A stretch of DNA of 64,000 nucleotides from Verrucomicrobiales bacterium (GTDB taxonomy: Bacteria > Verrucomicrobiota > Verrucomicrobiia > Limisphaerales > CAIMTB01): assembly GCA_016795425.1 (NCBI GenBank), contig JAEUHG010000130.1, positions 12,093 through 76,092 on the forward strand. The letters run 5' to 3'. Numbering within the stretch: position 1 is the first letter of the stretch; every line of letters begins with the position of its first letter. Of this stretch, positions 35,705-44,720 are shown in pieces. Position numbers and translations under genes: made by a program. Below the pieces are notes generated by a model. The model saw only the letters and a program-made list of their open reading frames with translations, searched no databases and was not told the origin of the DNA.

Positions 35705-35745
35705 ACCCAATCGAACCTAGGGAAAGCGCCCTCTGCCGAAGGCAC

Positions 35746-36867
35746 TTAGGCCGGAAACTGACGAAGGAAGATCGCCTCCGGAGAGGCGCACACGAACTCG
35801 CCCGGAATGTTTTGCCCGGCGCTCAGGAAACGGAGCGTGTAATTTGTGCCTAACACCAGGTTCCATAGCTTCCCCCAGCGCGTTTCCTCATCCAAATGCG
35901 TCACCACCAAATCGGCGATCGGCAGCCCGGCAAAGGCCCGCACTTGCTTGAGTAACAACGGCAGGTCGTACGCTCCATTAAGCACCAAATGCACAATCGG
36001 TGACCCAAACCCCTCCACCTGCTGCTTCAACTCCCCCAACGGCCTCGCCAGCCGCCAATCCACACCGGGTATATCAATAAAGCCCATCTCGCCGCCCTCG
36101 GTCGACGGCATTCCTGACCACCGACGCTCCAGCGGTACCCCCAGGATCTCGCAATACACCGATAATGACTCCGCGGCATTCGCCGTTGAACCATCCAAGC
36201 GCCACACGCGAACCGGCTTCCCGTCCAATAACACGCTCTGCGTCAGCCATTTGCACAGACAGGTCGTCTTTCCAACTCCCGCAGGCCCCACAAACAGATG
36301 CGGCCGACGCATCTCGTCGGGCAATCGGGGTGCGGGTCGCCACAACCGCATCAACGCCGTCCGCGCTAATTCCAATTCCTCACCCCAGGTCTCGGGCGGC
36401 GTTTCCCCATGAACCCGGCGCAGCTCATCGATCACGCGCTGCGCGTTGGCCGGCAAAAATCCGGAGGCTTCCAGCAGTCTCCCCACTTTCCATGAACCCC
36501 CACCCGACAGCGGTTCGCTCTGAGGCGTCGCCCAATCTCCACGCGGCGCGTCGCCCCCCGACACCGGCTCAGGCTCCGGGACTTCGGGCGCTATTCCCCG
36601 TGTCGGCTCCGACTCCCTCGATTCAGGTCCCGCCGGCGCATCCGAAACCGCATCCAACCGCGTCCCTCCGACCATTTCCCTGGACGATGCCGTGTCCTCC
36701 GGACGGTACGCCAAGATTTCAAAAGTCGGCTTCCGACGTCCAAACCACTTGGCCTTGGTCGCGGGCAGCGGACGGATATTCACCACCACGGCGCTCGGCC
36801 CGAGGCGTTCACGCACCTGTTGGGCAGCATCGGCGGCGGATTCCGCAATGAAGGTGACGAGTTCCAC
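35746..36867 (-). CDS. flhF: Flagellar SRP-type GTPase FlhF
   Basis: 373 aa with a GTG start. N-terminus is MELVTFIAESAADAAQQVRERLGPSAVVVNIR. The GTPase motif is FVGPAGVGKTTCLCKW, with VRVWRLDGSTANAAESL and VVTHLDE (DxD-type) boxes. Confidence 0.85.
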   Translation of the reverse strand: MELVTFIAESAADAAQQVRERLGPSAVVVNIRPLPATKAKWFGRRKPTFEILAYRPEDTASSREMVGGTRLDAVSDAPAGPESRESEPTRGIAPEVPEPEPVSGGDAPRGDWATPQSEPLSGGGSWKVGRLLEASGFLPANAQRVIDELRRVHGETPPETWGEELELARTALMRLWRPAPRLPDEMRRPHLFVGPAGVGKTTCLCKWLTQSVLLDGKPVRVWRLDGSTANAAESLSVYCEILGVPLERRWSGMPSTEGGEMGFIDIPGVDWRLARPLGELKQQVEGFGSPIVHLVLNGAYDLPLLLKQVRAFAGLPIADLVVTHLDEETRWGKLWNLVLGTNYTLRFLSAGQNIPGEFVCASPEAIFLRQFPA

Positions 36868-36911
36868 GGAGGGCTTGGGGCAAAGCGGTCAGTCTCTCGG
36901 CGAGAATCCCA

Positions 36912-39050
36912 TCAATCGGGGTTGGGAATGGTGGTGGCGCACTGAACCTCGACGCGCGCCGGAACCTCGGCATACGACAGCACGGCGAGTTCGGCGAAGG
37001 TCGTCTCGAAGAAGCGGCGGAAGGCCAGGCGGATCTGGGGACCGCAAAGGACCACCGGCGGATTCCCGACCGAAAGGAGTTGCTGAATGCGTTGCGAAAG
37101 GCTGTCGACGATGTGCCGGGCCAGCTTGGGCTCCATCACCAGGGAGATTTCGGTCGGGGAATGACGGACGCCCTGTGCGATCTGCTGTTCGAGACGTGGA
37201 TCGAGCGTAATGGCGCGCAGGCTGCCATTCTCGAGTTGGTACGGCTTGACGATTTGCCACCCAAGCGCGCGTCGGGCGTGCTCCGACAGTTCGTCGGGGT
37301 TTTTGGTCACCGCGACATAGTCGCCGACCTTCTCCAGAATGCCGGCGAGGTTTCGAATCGAGATCCCCTCGGCCAGCAGATTCTGGAGGATGCGTTGGAC
37401 CTGTCCCAGGTTCAGCATCGCCGGAATCAGCTCGCTCACCACCGCGGGATGGGTCTGCTTCAGGTTGTCGATCAGGTTCTGCACGTCCTGGCGCGTCAGG
37501 ATCTCATGCGCACTGCGTTTGATCGTTTCGGAGAGATGAGTGACGAGGACGGAGGCAGCATCGACGACCGTGTATCCCGCCACCTCGGCGTTGCGACGCT
37601 CAACGTCGGTGATCCAGGTGGCGGGAAGCTTGAAGACCGGTTCCACCGTCGGAACACCCTTGAGCACTACCTTGCTGTTGGTGGCGTTCATCGCCAGCCA
37701 ATGCCCGGGCATCAGCTCGCCCTGGACCAGCGGGTTGCCTTTCAGCAGGAACCGATATTCGTTCGCCCCGAGCTGCATGTTGTCACGCAACCGGATGGGG
37801 GGGACGATGACGCCCATTTCCTGGGCGAAAGTCTTTCGCACGCCCGTGACGCGTTCCAGCATGTCGCCGCCGCGACGCGCATCCGCAAGGCCCACGAGCC
37901 CGTAACCCAATTCGATCTGCAGGGTGTCGAGCGAGAGCAGATTCTCGAGCTTGTCCCCGGAACCCGATGCCGCCTTCGCGGCCGTTCCACCGGCCGCGGC
38001 ACCGGCAGCACCGTTGGCACCAGAGCCCGCCGACGCCGCGGCGCCCGCTGCATCCGGCACGGCGTTGAGAAGCCCTTTTTGCTGCTTCAAGGCACGCCCC
38101 AGAAGAAACGCGCCGATCGCGAGCCCCATAAAAGTCACTGACGGCAAGCCCGGAACCAACGCAAAAATGCCCAGCATGGTCGCCAGCACGAACATCGCGC
38201 GCGGGAACAGCAGCAGCTGCTTGCTCAACTCGCCGCCCAGATCGTCCTTCGCCGCCGCCCGGGTTACCAGGATGCCAGCGGCCGTCGAGGTGATGAGGGC
38301 GGGAATCTGAGAGACCAAACCGTCGCCAATGGACAGCAGGGTGAAACGCTGCAGGGAATCGGCGACCGTCATGCCTTTCTGCATGATGCCGATGGCGAAG
38401 CCGCCGACGATGTTGATGAGGGTGATTAGAATGGCCGCAATGGCATCGCCGCGAACGAACTTCGACGCGCCGTCCATCGCCCCGTAAAAATCCGCCTCCT
38501 GCTCGACTTTCCGGCGCCGATTTCTCGCCTCGGCTTCGTTGATCACGCCGGCATTGAGTTCGGCGTCGATCGCCATCTGCTTGCCAGGCATCGCGTCCAG
38601 GGTGAACCGGGCGGCCACCTCCGCGATGCGCCCGGCGCCCTTGGTGATGACGATGAAATTGATGATCACCAGGATCGCGAACACCACGAAACCCACGACG
38701 TAGTTCCCGCGCACCACGAACTGTCCGAAGGCCTGGATGATGTGTCCGGCATATCCGTCGATGAGAATCAGCCGCGTGCTCGCAATGTTGAGCGCCAGTC
38801 GATAGAGCGTGATGAAAAGGAGCAGAGTCGGGAATCCGGTGAAATCCGCCGGTTCCTTGACATACAGGATCACCAACAGGATCAGCAGCGACAACGCGAT
38901 GCTGATGGCCAGGAATCCGTCCAATAGGATCGGACTGACCGGCAGGATCATCAGCAACAGCGTTCCGAACAGTCCCGCTGTCAGAATCAGGTCCCCGTTG
39001 CCAAGAACCCGGGTCAGTTTGGTTTTCGACTTGGTAGGCGAGGCGGCCAT
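36912..39050 (-). CDS. flhA: Flagellar type III export gate protein FlhA
   Basis: 712 aa. Conserved motifs are FPTLLLFITLYRLALNIASTRLIL and FVRGDAIAAILITLINIVGG, followed by a large cytoplasmic C-terminal domain. Confidence 0.95.
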   Translation of the reverse strand: MAASPTKSKTKLTRVLGNGDLILTAGLFGTLLLMILPVSPILLDGFLAISIALSLLILLVILYVKEPADFTGFPTLLLFITLYRLALNIASTRLILIDGYAGHIIQAFGQFVVRGNYVVGFVVFAILVIINFIVITKGAGRIAEVAARFTLDAMPGKQMAIDAELNAGVINEAEARNRRRKVEQEADFYGAMDGASKFVRGDAIAAILITLINIVGGFAIGIMQKGMTVADSLQRFTLLSIGDGLVSQIPALITSTAAGILVTRAAAKDDLGGELSKQLLLFPRAMFVLATMLGIFALVPGLPSVTFMGLAIGAFLLGRALKQQKGLLNAVPDAAGAAASAGSGANGAAGAAAGGTAAKAASGSGDKLENLLSLDTLQIELGYGLVGLADARRGGDMLERVTGVRKTFAQEMGVIVPPIRLRDNMQLGANEYRFLLKGNPLVQGELMPGHWLAMNATNSKVVLKGVPTVEPVFKLPATWITDVERRNAEVAGYTVVDAASVLVTHLSETIKRSAHEILTRQDVQNLIDNLKQTHPAVVSELIPAMLNLGQVQRILQNLLAEGISIRNLAGILEKVGDYVAVTKNPDELSEHARRALGWQIVKPYQLENGSLRAITLDPRLEQQIAQGVRHSPTEISLVMEPKLARHIVDSLSQRIQQLLSVGNPPVVLCGPQIRLAFRRFFETTFAELAVLSYAEVPARVEVQCATTIPNPD

Positions 39051-39053
39051 GGC

Positions 39054-40142
39054 TTAGGAATTCACGTTCTGCTCGCGGTAGTACCGGTAGGCATTGACCC
39101 GGTAGACCCAGGCCAGAACCTCGGCAACTGCGGCGTAGAGTTGGGCCGGGATCTCACTGCCCACCCGGCCATGCTTGAACATAAGGCGTGCCAACGGCTT
39201 GTTCTCCACGATCGGCACCTGGTGCTGCTTGGCGATCTCCCGGATTTGAAGCGCGTTGAGCCTCGATCCTTTCGCCACGATCTTGGGGGCTTTCATCGTG
39301 CGCCGGTCATATCGCAGCGCCACGGCAAGATGGGTGGGATTGGTCACCACCACGTCCGCCTGCTCGACGTCGAGAAGCATCTTCCGCTTGCTCACGGACT
39401 GCGCCCGTCGTCGCTGACGAGACTTCACCTGCGGATTCCCCTCGGAGCTCTTCAACTCCTCCTTGACCTCCTCACGGGTCATCATCATGTCATGGTGGTT
39501 CTTGTAGAACTGGTATCCGTAATCCAGCGCCGCAATCACCGCGAGGGCGAACAGGACCCTGACCACCACGACATACGCCGAGCCGGACATGAAATCCCGA
39601 ATGCGCCACAAGTCGACCGGCGAGGAGAAGATGGGATCGTTCAGTACGCCGCGGATCACACCCCAGGTCAGCCCGATCACCGCCGTGAGCTTCAAAAGTC
39701 CCACCCCCAGATTGACGGTCGAAGCGACCGAAACAATGCGCTTGAACCCGTTCATCGGGTTCACCCGCTCCCAATCGGCTTGAAGCGCCTCCTCGGCCGT
39801 CCGAAACCGACTTTGCATCCCTCCCGCCAGCAACCCGGCCACCGCCGTCGCCGCCAGCACCGGCCACACGCAGTGGCCGACCGCCAGCAACCCGTCGAGC
39901 GCGTAGCCTTGCATGGCATTCAGGGTGAGCGGGAACTCGTGCAGATGTCCCAGGGTCCCCGCCAACGTCGTCGTCAGCATCCGCCAGGTCTCCGCCCCGG
40001 TGAACAGAAGCGCAAAGAAGCCCCCCCCGAGTACAAAGACCGTCTGAACCTCGGCGCTCTTGGCGAACTGTCCCTTCTTCCAAGCATCTTCGAGCCGACG
40101 TGGTGTCGGTTGCTCCGTTTTCTCGCCCGTCTGCTCGCTCAT
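39054..40142 (-). CDS. flhB: Flagellar export switch protein FlhB
   Basis: 362 aa. N-terminus is GEKTEQPTPRRLEDAWKKGQFAKS. The autocleavage site context VVVTNPTHLAVAL contains the NPTH motif. Confidence 0.95.
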   Translation of the reverse strand: MSEQTGEKTEQPTPRRLEDAWKKGQFAKSAEVQTVFVLGGGFFALLFTGAETWRMLTTTLAGTLGHLHEFPLTLNAMQGYALDGLLAVGHCVWPVLAATAVAGLLAGGMQSRFRTAEEALQADWERVNPMNGFKRIVSVASTVNLGVGLLKLTAVIGLTWGVIRGVLNDPIFSSPVDLWRIRDFMSGSAYVVVVRVLFALAVIAALDYGYQFYKNHHDMMMTREEVKEELKSSEGNPQVKSRQRRRAQSVSKRKMLLDVEQADVVVTNPTHLAVALRYDRRTMKAPKIVAKGSRLNALQIREIAKQHQVPIVENKPLARLMFKHGRVGSEIPAQLYAAVAEVLAWVYRVNAYRYYREQNVNS

Positions 40143-40187
40143 GGTCAGATCATTTGATGTCGCTACGGATGGCGGCTCTTGGGGACA

Positions 40188-40952
40188 TCATCCCCCCATG
40201 AGCCGAGCCACGCGCAGGACATCCTCGGGCAGGTGATGCAGATAGTTGATGATGTACCGCGCCATCAACTGCGCGGACACACCGAACAGGGCGAGTCCGG
40301 AGAACAGCCGGATCGCGAAACTCTCGGTGAACACGTTCATTTGGGCCACCGCGCGTCCCAGGACGGAAAAGACCAACGAGATCATAAAGGACACCGCCAT
40401 CACCGGCGCGGCGATCTGCAGTCCCACCACGAACATCCGGCCCACCCAGGACACGACTTCCGTCATGATCGCGGGCGGGAGCTGCGCCGCTCCCACCGGC
40501 AACAACCCGTACGTCCGCTGAAAACCCACCAGCAGCCAGTGATGCAGGTCGAGACTCAACCAGATCACCGTCGCCAGTTGCCCCAGGATCGCCCCGGGCA
40601 CCGTCGATTGCGCCGCGATCATGGGGTTGAACGCCGACGGCATGCTCAGGCCAATCTCGGCGCTGATCAGCATGCCAGCGATCTCGACCGTGTGGAAAAT
40701 CAGTCGACAGAGAAAACCCAGCAGCAACCCGACGCCGATCTCCTTGGCCATCTGCGCCACCACGAACCACAGGCTGGCTCCGGCCCATTCCACCGGCGGC
40801 AACTCGGGACAAACGAGGAACGCCAGCAACGCCCCCAACGCCACCCGAATCTGCACCGGAACCCCCACCGCCGAGAATACCGGAAACGCGGTCAATAACC
40901 CGCTCGCGCGCAGGAAGACCAGCGACCAGTTGGCGAAGAACTCGGAGGGCAT
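40188..40952 (-). CDS. fliR: Flagellar export apparatus protein FliR
   Basis: 254 aa polytopic membrane protein with FLRASGLLTAFPVFS.., sitting between fliQ and flhB. Confidence 0.9.
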   Translation of the reverse strand: MPSEFFANWSLVFLRASGLLTAFPVFSAVGVPVQIRVALGALLAFLVCPELPPVEWAGASLWFVVAQMAKEIGVGLLLGFLCRLIFHTVEIAGMLISAEIGLSMPSAFNPMIAAQSTVPGAILGQLATVIWLSLDLHHWLLVGFQRTYGLLPVGAAQLPPAIMTEVVSWVGRMFVVGLQIAAPVMAVSFMISLVFSVLGRAVAQMNVFTESFAIRLFSGLALFGVSAQLMARYIINYLHHLPEDVLRVARLMGG

Positions 40953-40976
40953 GACTCATCAGGGCACGCACACGCG

Positions 40977-41246
40977 TCATCTCACCATCTGCGGCATTCT
41001 CTCGATCACCGCCGCGGTGAACTCGATCACCGTCCGCAACATCCACGGGAGGAGCACCACCACCACCGCGACGATTCCCAGCGCCTTCGGCACAAACGTC
41101 AACGTCTGCTCGTGAATCGAGGTGACGGCCTGGAAAAGACTGACCGCCAATCCCACCACCATCGCCGTCACCAGCACCGGTGCCGCCAGCGTGACGGCCT
41201 GGAACATCATCGTCTTGATCAGTTCGGCGGCGAATTCGGGATTCAT
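40977..41246 (-). CDS. fliQ: Flagellar export apparatus protein FliQ
   Basis: Trimmed from the track's TTG start (41264) to ATG 41246, giving 89 aa: MNPEFAAELIKTMMFQAVTLAAPVLV...LFQAVTSIHEQTLTFVPK. Confidence 0.9.
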   Translation of the reverse strand: MNPEFAAELIKTMMFQAVTLAAPVLVTAMVVGLAVSLFQAVTSIHEQTLTFVPKALGIVAVVVVLLPWMLRTVIEFTAAVIERMPQMVR

Positions 41247-41267
41247 GGATTTCAGGAAGGCCAACCA

Positions 41268-42059
41268 CTAACCGCCAAAACTCAAAACCACCGACTTCAC
41301 CACCAGATTCCAGCCATCCACGAGGACGAAGAGCAGAATCTTCAGCGGCAGGGATATCGTCATGGGCGGCATCATCATCATCCCCATGCTCATCAGCACC
41401 GTTGCCACCACCAGGTCGATGAGAATGAAGGGAACGAACAGCAGAAACCCCATCTGGAATGCCGTCCGAAGCTCGCTGATGATGAACCCGGGAATCACCA
41501 CCTTCATCGGCAGATCCTCCGGCGCCGTCGGCTCCATGCGTGCCAAACCCACAAACAATTCCACGTCCTTCGGTCGCGACTGCCGCAGCATGAAGGTGCG
41601 GATCGGCGCGGTCGCCCGATCCAGCGCCTCGCCGCCGCTCAGACGCTGCTCCCGATAGGGCTGAAGAGCCTCCGTATCGATCCGCTCCCAGACCGGTGCC
41701 ATGATGAAAAACGTCAGGAACAACGCCAGACCGATGATGATCTGGTTGGCCGGCGAGCCCTGCAGCGACAGTGCGCTTCGCACGAAGGACAGGACGATCA
41801 CGATGCGGGTGAAGCAGGTCATCAACAGCAGGATCGACGGCGCCAACGTCAGCAGGGTGATCGAAAACAGGATCTTGATCGCCGAATCGATCTCTTGGGG
41901 CTGACCCAATCCTTGAATCCCGAGGTTTACATTGAACGGGGCCGCGTTCGTCAAGGGTGACACCCCCGCGATCGTCTGGCCGTGGGCGGACAGTCCGGTC
42001 AACCACAGGCCGACCAACGCCGAAGCGACCCACCACCGCATGGCTTTCGGAACACTCAC
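41268..42059 (-). CDS. fliP: Flagellar export apparatus protein FliP
   Basis: 263 aa with a signal-like N-terminus. Conserved motifs are LLTLAPSILLLMTCFTRIVIVLSFVR.ALSLQ..P and FLLFVPFILIDLVVATVLMSMGMMM. Confidence 0.95.
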   Translation of the reverse strand: MSVPKAMRWWVASALVGLWLTGLSAHGQTIAGVSPLTNAAPFNVNLGIQGLGQPQEIDSAIKILFSITLLTLAPSILLLMTCFTRIVIVLSFVRSALSLQGSPANQIIIGLALFLTFFIMAPVWERIDTEALQPYREQRLSGGEALDRATAPIRTFMLRQSRPKDVELFVGLARMEPTAPEDLPMKVVIPGFIISELRTAFQMGFLLFVPFILIDLVVATVLMSMGMMMMPPMTISLPLKILLFVLVDGWNLVVKSVVLSFGG

Positions 42060-42541
42060 GGTTTGCGTTGAAGCAGATGTTGGAAGGCAATCGCAAAATC
42101 CGGTGTGGCATCCATTGCCACTTCATCGGTCTCCGCATCGGGAAGCTGGGCCAGCAACGAAACCCCTTGCTGGGTCGATCCCAACAGCAGGCGCTGCCGT
42201 CGATACCCCACCAACCAAACCGCCTGTCGACCTCCCAAGGCGCGGCATTCCAGAACCCTCAGCTCGGGCGTCCGCACCGGTCCCGGAAGGAACCGCCGCC
42301 AATGCCGCACCAACCACAGGCCGCCGAAGAGCAACGCCAGCACAAAGGCCAGAGCCCCAACCACCCGAATGACCGAGCCTCCGACGTCGGGCAACGGCGC
42401 GATCGGCAAGGAAGCGGGCGCCGGCCCGTTCGTCGCGGGACCTCCCACGGCCGCCGTGGTCAGGATCAGCACCGCCAAAGCGGCGATTCCCCGCACTGCC
42501 AAGCGAAGGAGGGCTTGGTACCGCTTGCCGCCGGTCGGCAT
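42056..42541 (-). CDS. fliO: FliO-like protein
   Basis: Trimmed to ATG 42541 (161 aa) because the track's TTG start at 42619 lies inside the promoter motif. It has a single TM segment (VIRVVGALAFVLALLFGGLWLV) followed by LRVLECRALGGRQAVWLVGYRRQRLLLG, the FliO pattern. It overlaps the fliP start. Confidence 0.7.
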   Translation of the reverse strand: MPTGGKRYQALLRLAVRGIAALAVLILTTAAVGGPATNGPAPASLPIAPLPDVGGSVIRVVGALAFVLALLFGGLWLVRHWRRFLPGPVRTPELRVLECRALGGRQAVWLVGYRRQRLLLGSTQQGVSLLAQLPDAETDEVAMDATPDFAIAFQHLLQRKP

Positions 42542-42609
42542 CACGGCGGTGGCCGGCTCGTCGGCGGCACTCCCGGACGGGTGTGGGACGGTTCTCACGT
42601 CTTCGACCG

Positions 42610-42626
42610 AAGCACCCAATGTGCCG
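42610..42626 (-). promoter_or_regulatory. Candidate sigma54 promoter of the fliO-flhF unit
   Basis: The minus strand reads CGGCACATTGGGTGCTT (GG-N10-GC). The -12 half GTGCTT is identical to the flgB and flgF sites. It lies ~70 nt upstream of ATG 42541. Confidence 0.5.
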
Positions 42627-42631
42627 GAACG

Positions 42632-42656
42632 AAAAACCCGGCTTCCATGGGCCGGG
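42632..42656 (-). terminator. Terminator/attenuator-like hairpin between fliN and fliO
   Basis: The minus strand reads CCCGGC-ccatggaa-GCCGGG followed by TTTTTC, about 100 nt after the fliN stop and immediately before the sigma54 motif. Confidence 0.45.
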
Positions 42657-42756
42657 CGCGTGGTAAACGGACGAAAATCGGAAGTTCTTGCCAGCTAAGG
42701 AATCGAACTAGGCAGGTTTGGCCGGCCGCCGTCGAGGTCCTTTCGCATTCCCTGAC

Positions 42757-43023
42757 TCAATGAGGCTGCGGTCCGAGGATCTCAGTGATCTTGATCCCGA
42801 ATCGGTCCTCCACCACCACCACCTCCCCACGTGCGATCCGCTTGTGGTTCACAAAAAGATCCACCGGCGTATCCGCCACCTTGTCCAATTGCACCACCGC
42901 ACCGGCGGCAAGATGCAGAACCTCCCGCATCGGCATCTGGCAGGCACCCAATTCGACGGTGATCTTGACCGGGACGTCCAGGAGGACGTCGAGATTCGCA
43001 GGGAGATTCGCGGAGGCATCCAT
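42757..43023 (-). CDS. fliN: Flagellar switch protein FliN (SpoA domain only)
   Basis: 88 aa. LLDVPVKITVELGACQMPMREVLHLAAGAVVQLDKVADTPVDLFVNHKRIARGEVVVVEDRFGIKITEI. Confidence 0.9.
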   Translation of the reverse strand: MDASANLPANLDVLLDVPVKITVELGACQMPMREVLHLAAGAVVQLDKVADTPVDLFVNHKRIARGEVVVVEDRFGIKITEILGPQPH

Positions 43024-43039
43024 GGGGCGTGAGAATCGT

Positions 43040-44059
43040 CTATTTCTTAAGCACTTCGGTCAATTCAACGGCCAAATGATTGCCGCGTTTTCCAAGGCGC
43101 CCGCGGAACCGGGATGTTTCCGCCAACTGCACATCCACCTTTTCCAGGCAGGACGGGGACATTTCGAGCATGTCGCCGACCTTTAAGGCAGCCAAATCAC
43201 GGGCCGCCAGTTCGAGATCATGCCACTGGGCGGTAACGGGAACGCGGATGTCATCAAACTGCGGATTCCAGCGGGCCTTGGCATCTCCATTGCCGGGCGG
43301 CGGACCCGCCTTGGATTCGATCATCTGGCTCAAGGTCCGAATGAGCGGCTCCAGCGTGTAGTAAGGAAAGGCGATCTGGAGGGGTTCCATGCAATCGCCG
43401 ATACGCGCCTCCATGGAAAGGGAGAGCATCACGGTATCGTGGGGTGCGGTCTGGAGAAACCGTCCATTGGTTTCATGCCCAAGCACCACGGGTCGAAGCT
43501 CCTGGATGGGGCGCCAATGGGAGCACCATTCGGATAGAATCACCTGGACAGCCTGGTCCAGCAGGGCCAGTTCGATCTCCGAAAGATCATGATCGGCGCT
43601 TACCGAATGGGCCGGTCCCCCCAGCAGGCGATCGACGATGGTCAACGCCAGACGAGGCTGAATCTCCAGAATACAGGCTCCGGGCAGGGGTTCGGCCCGA
43701 AACAGGGTGAGGCACGTTGGATTGGCCAATCCCTCGGTGAACTTTCGATAAAGGACGGTCTGCAGCTTGGACATCTGCAGACTGAATTCGATCCGCAGGT
43801 ACAGTGACAGACGCGCGGCCAGGGCCCGGATGAACTCCTCATGGCGCAGCCGCAGCCGGCGCAGCTCCCCTTGAGAAAGAAAGACCGGATGCCGGAAGTC
43901 GTAGGGCTGGATGGAATCGACGGCCCGCCGTTCCTTGCCATTCGAGATGGTATGAACGACGACCTTGTTCTCCTCGGCGGAGACCTGGGCCAGCAGGTTC
44001 TCGACCTCGCTCTGGGAGAGGACCTGCTCGGAATTCGGTGCGCCTAGAAGATCATCCAT
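43040..44059 (-). CDS. fliM: Flagellar switch protein FliM
   Basis: Trimmed to ATG 44059 to remove the overlap with fliL. The N-terminal LSQSEVENLL resembles the CheY-P docking motif. Then IQPYDFRHPVFLSQGELRRLRLRHEEFIRAL. Confidence 0.9.
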   Translation of the reverse strand: MDDLLGAPNSEQVLSQSEVENLLAQVSAEENKVVVHTISNGKERRAVDSIQPYDFRHPVFLSQGELRRLRLRHEEFIRALAARLSLYLRIEFSLQMSKLQTVLYRKFTEGLANPTCLTLFRAEPLPGACILEIQPRLALTIVDRLLGGPAHSVSADHDLSEIELALLDQAVQVILSEWCSHWRPIQELRPVVLGHETNGRFLQTAPHDTVMLSLSMEARIGDCMEPLQIAFPYYTLEPLIRTLSQMIESKAGPPPGNGDAKARWNPQFDDIRVPVTAQWHDLELAARDLAALKVGDMLEMSPSCLEKVDVQLAETSRFRGRLGKRGNHLAVELTEVLKK

Positions 44060-44078
44060 GAGGGTGGCGGGCGGTTGC

Positions 44079-44708
44079 CTACTGGATGGCGAACTCGGTG
44101 AAGTAGATCTCCTGGACGGCATTCTCGCCCAGGGCCTCGTTGAAGACGGAAATCAGTTCGGCGCGGATCTGATTGCGGGATCCGGGCTTTTCAAGTTCAA
44201 CAATGGTCTTGTTGCTCAAGGCGCTCGTCGCCAAGTCCACCAGCTGATCCCGGTGTTCCTCGGCCTTCGACTTGAACTCCTCGCCATTGCCGACCAGCGT
44301 GAGGCTGCTGCAGAGGTAACGCGTCCCCATCGTGCCCGAGACATTCACGATCATCTTGTTCAGGGCCACGGTGATCTTCCCCTTGGCACCACCACCGGAC
44401 TCGCCGTGTCCGGATTTTGCAGGGGCACCATGGCCGCCGGAGGCAGCCGGCGCGCCATGACCGCCGCCCGATGCTTCCGCAGCGGGCTCGGCGGACGTTT
44501 TTCCGAGGGCCGCGTTGATTTGCGGCACGATGAGGAACTTGGTGGCGGCAAACGCCAGGGCCGGCATCGCCACCAGGGTGACGATAAGCGGCAGCCAGGC
44601 TCCCATGCCGCCCCCGCCCGCGGCGGGGCGGGCCGCGGCTCCGCCGCCTGCACCACCTTCGGCCTTGTGGGCCTCCGCCGAACCGGCTTCTGAGGTTTTG
44701 TCAGCCAT
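44079..44708 (-). CDS. fliL: Flagellar basal-body-associated protein FliL
   Basis: 209 aa with a single TM segment (WLPLIVTLVAMPALAFAATKFLIV). The C-terminal region is ...MIVNVSGTMGTRYLCSSLTLVG...RDQLVDLATSALSNKT..EL...RNQIRAELISVFN. Confidence 0.8.
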   Translation of the reverse strand: MADKTSEAGSAEAHKAEGGAGGGAAARPAAGGGGMGAWLPLIVTLVAMPALAFAATKFLIVPQINAALGKTSAEPAAEASGGGHGAPAASGGHGAPAKSGHGESGGGAKGKITVALNKMIVNVSGTMGTRYLCSSLTLVGNGEEFKSKAEEHRDQLVDLATSALSNKTIVELEKPGSRNQIRAELISVFNEALGENAVQEIYFTEFAIQ

Positions 44709-44720
44709 GTGAGGAAAGGA

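Noticed and set aside
40150-42138. 662-aa minus-strand ORF spanning fliR-fliQ-fliP
   Set aside because: It is an alternate frame of three well-supported membrane-protein genes. Its product is Arg/Gly/Asp-rich with no motif, so it is a frame-shadow rather than a gene.
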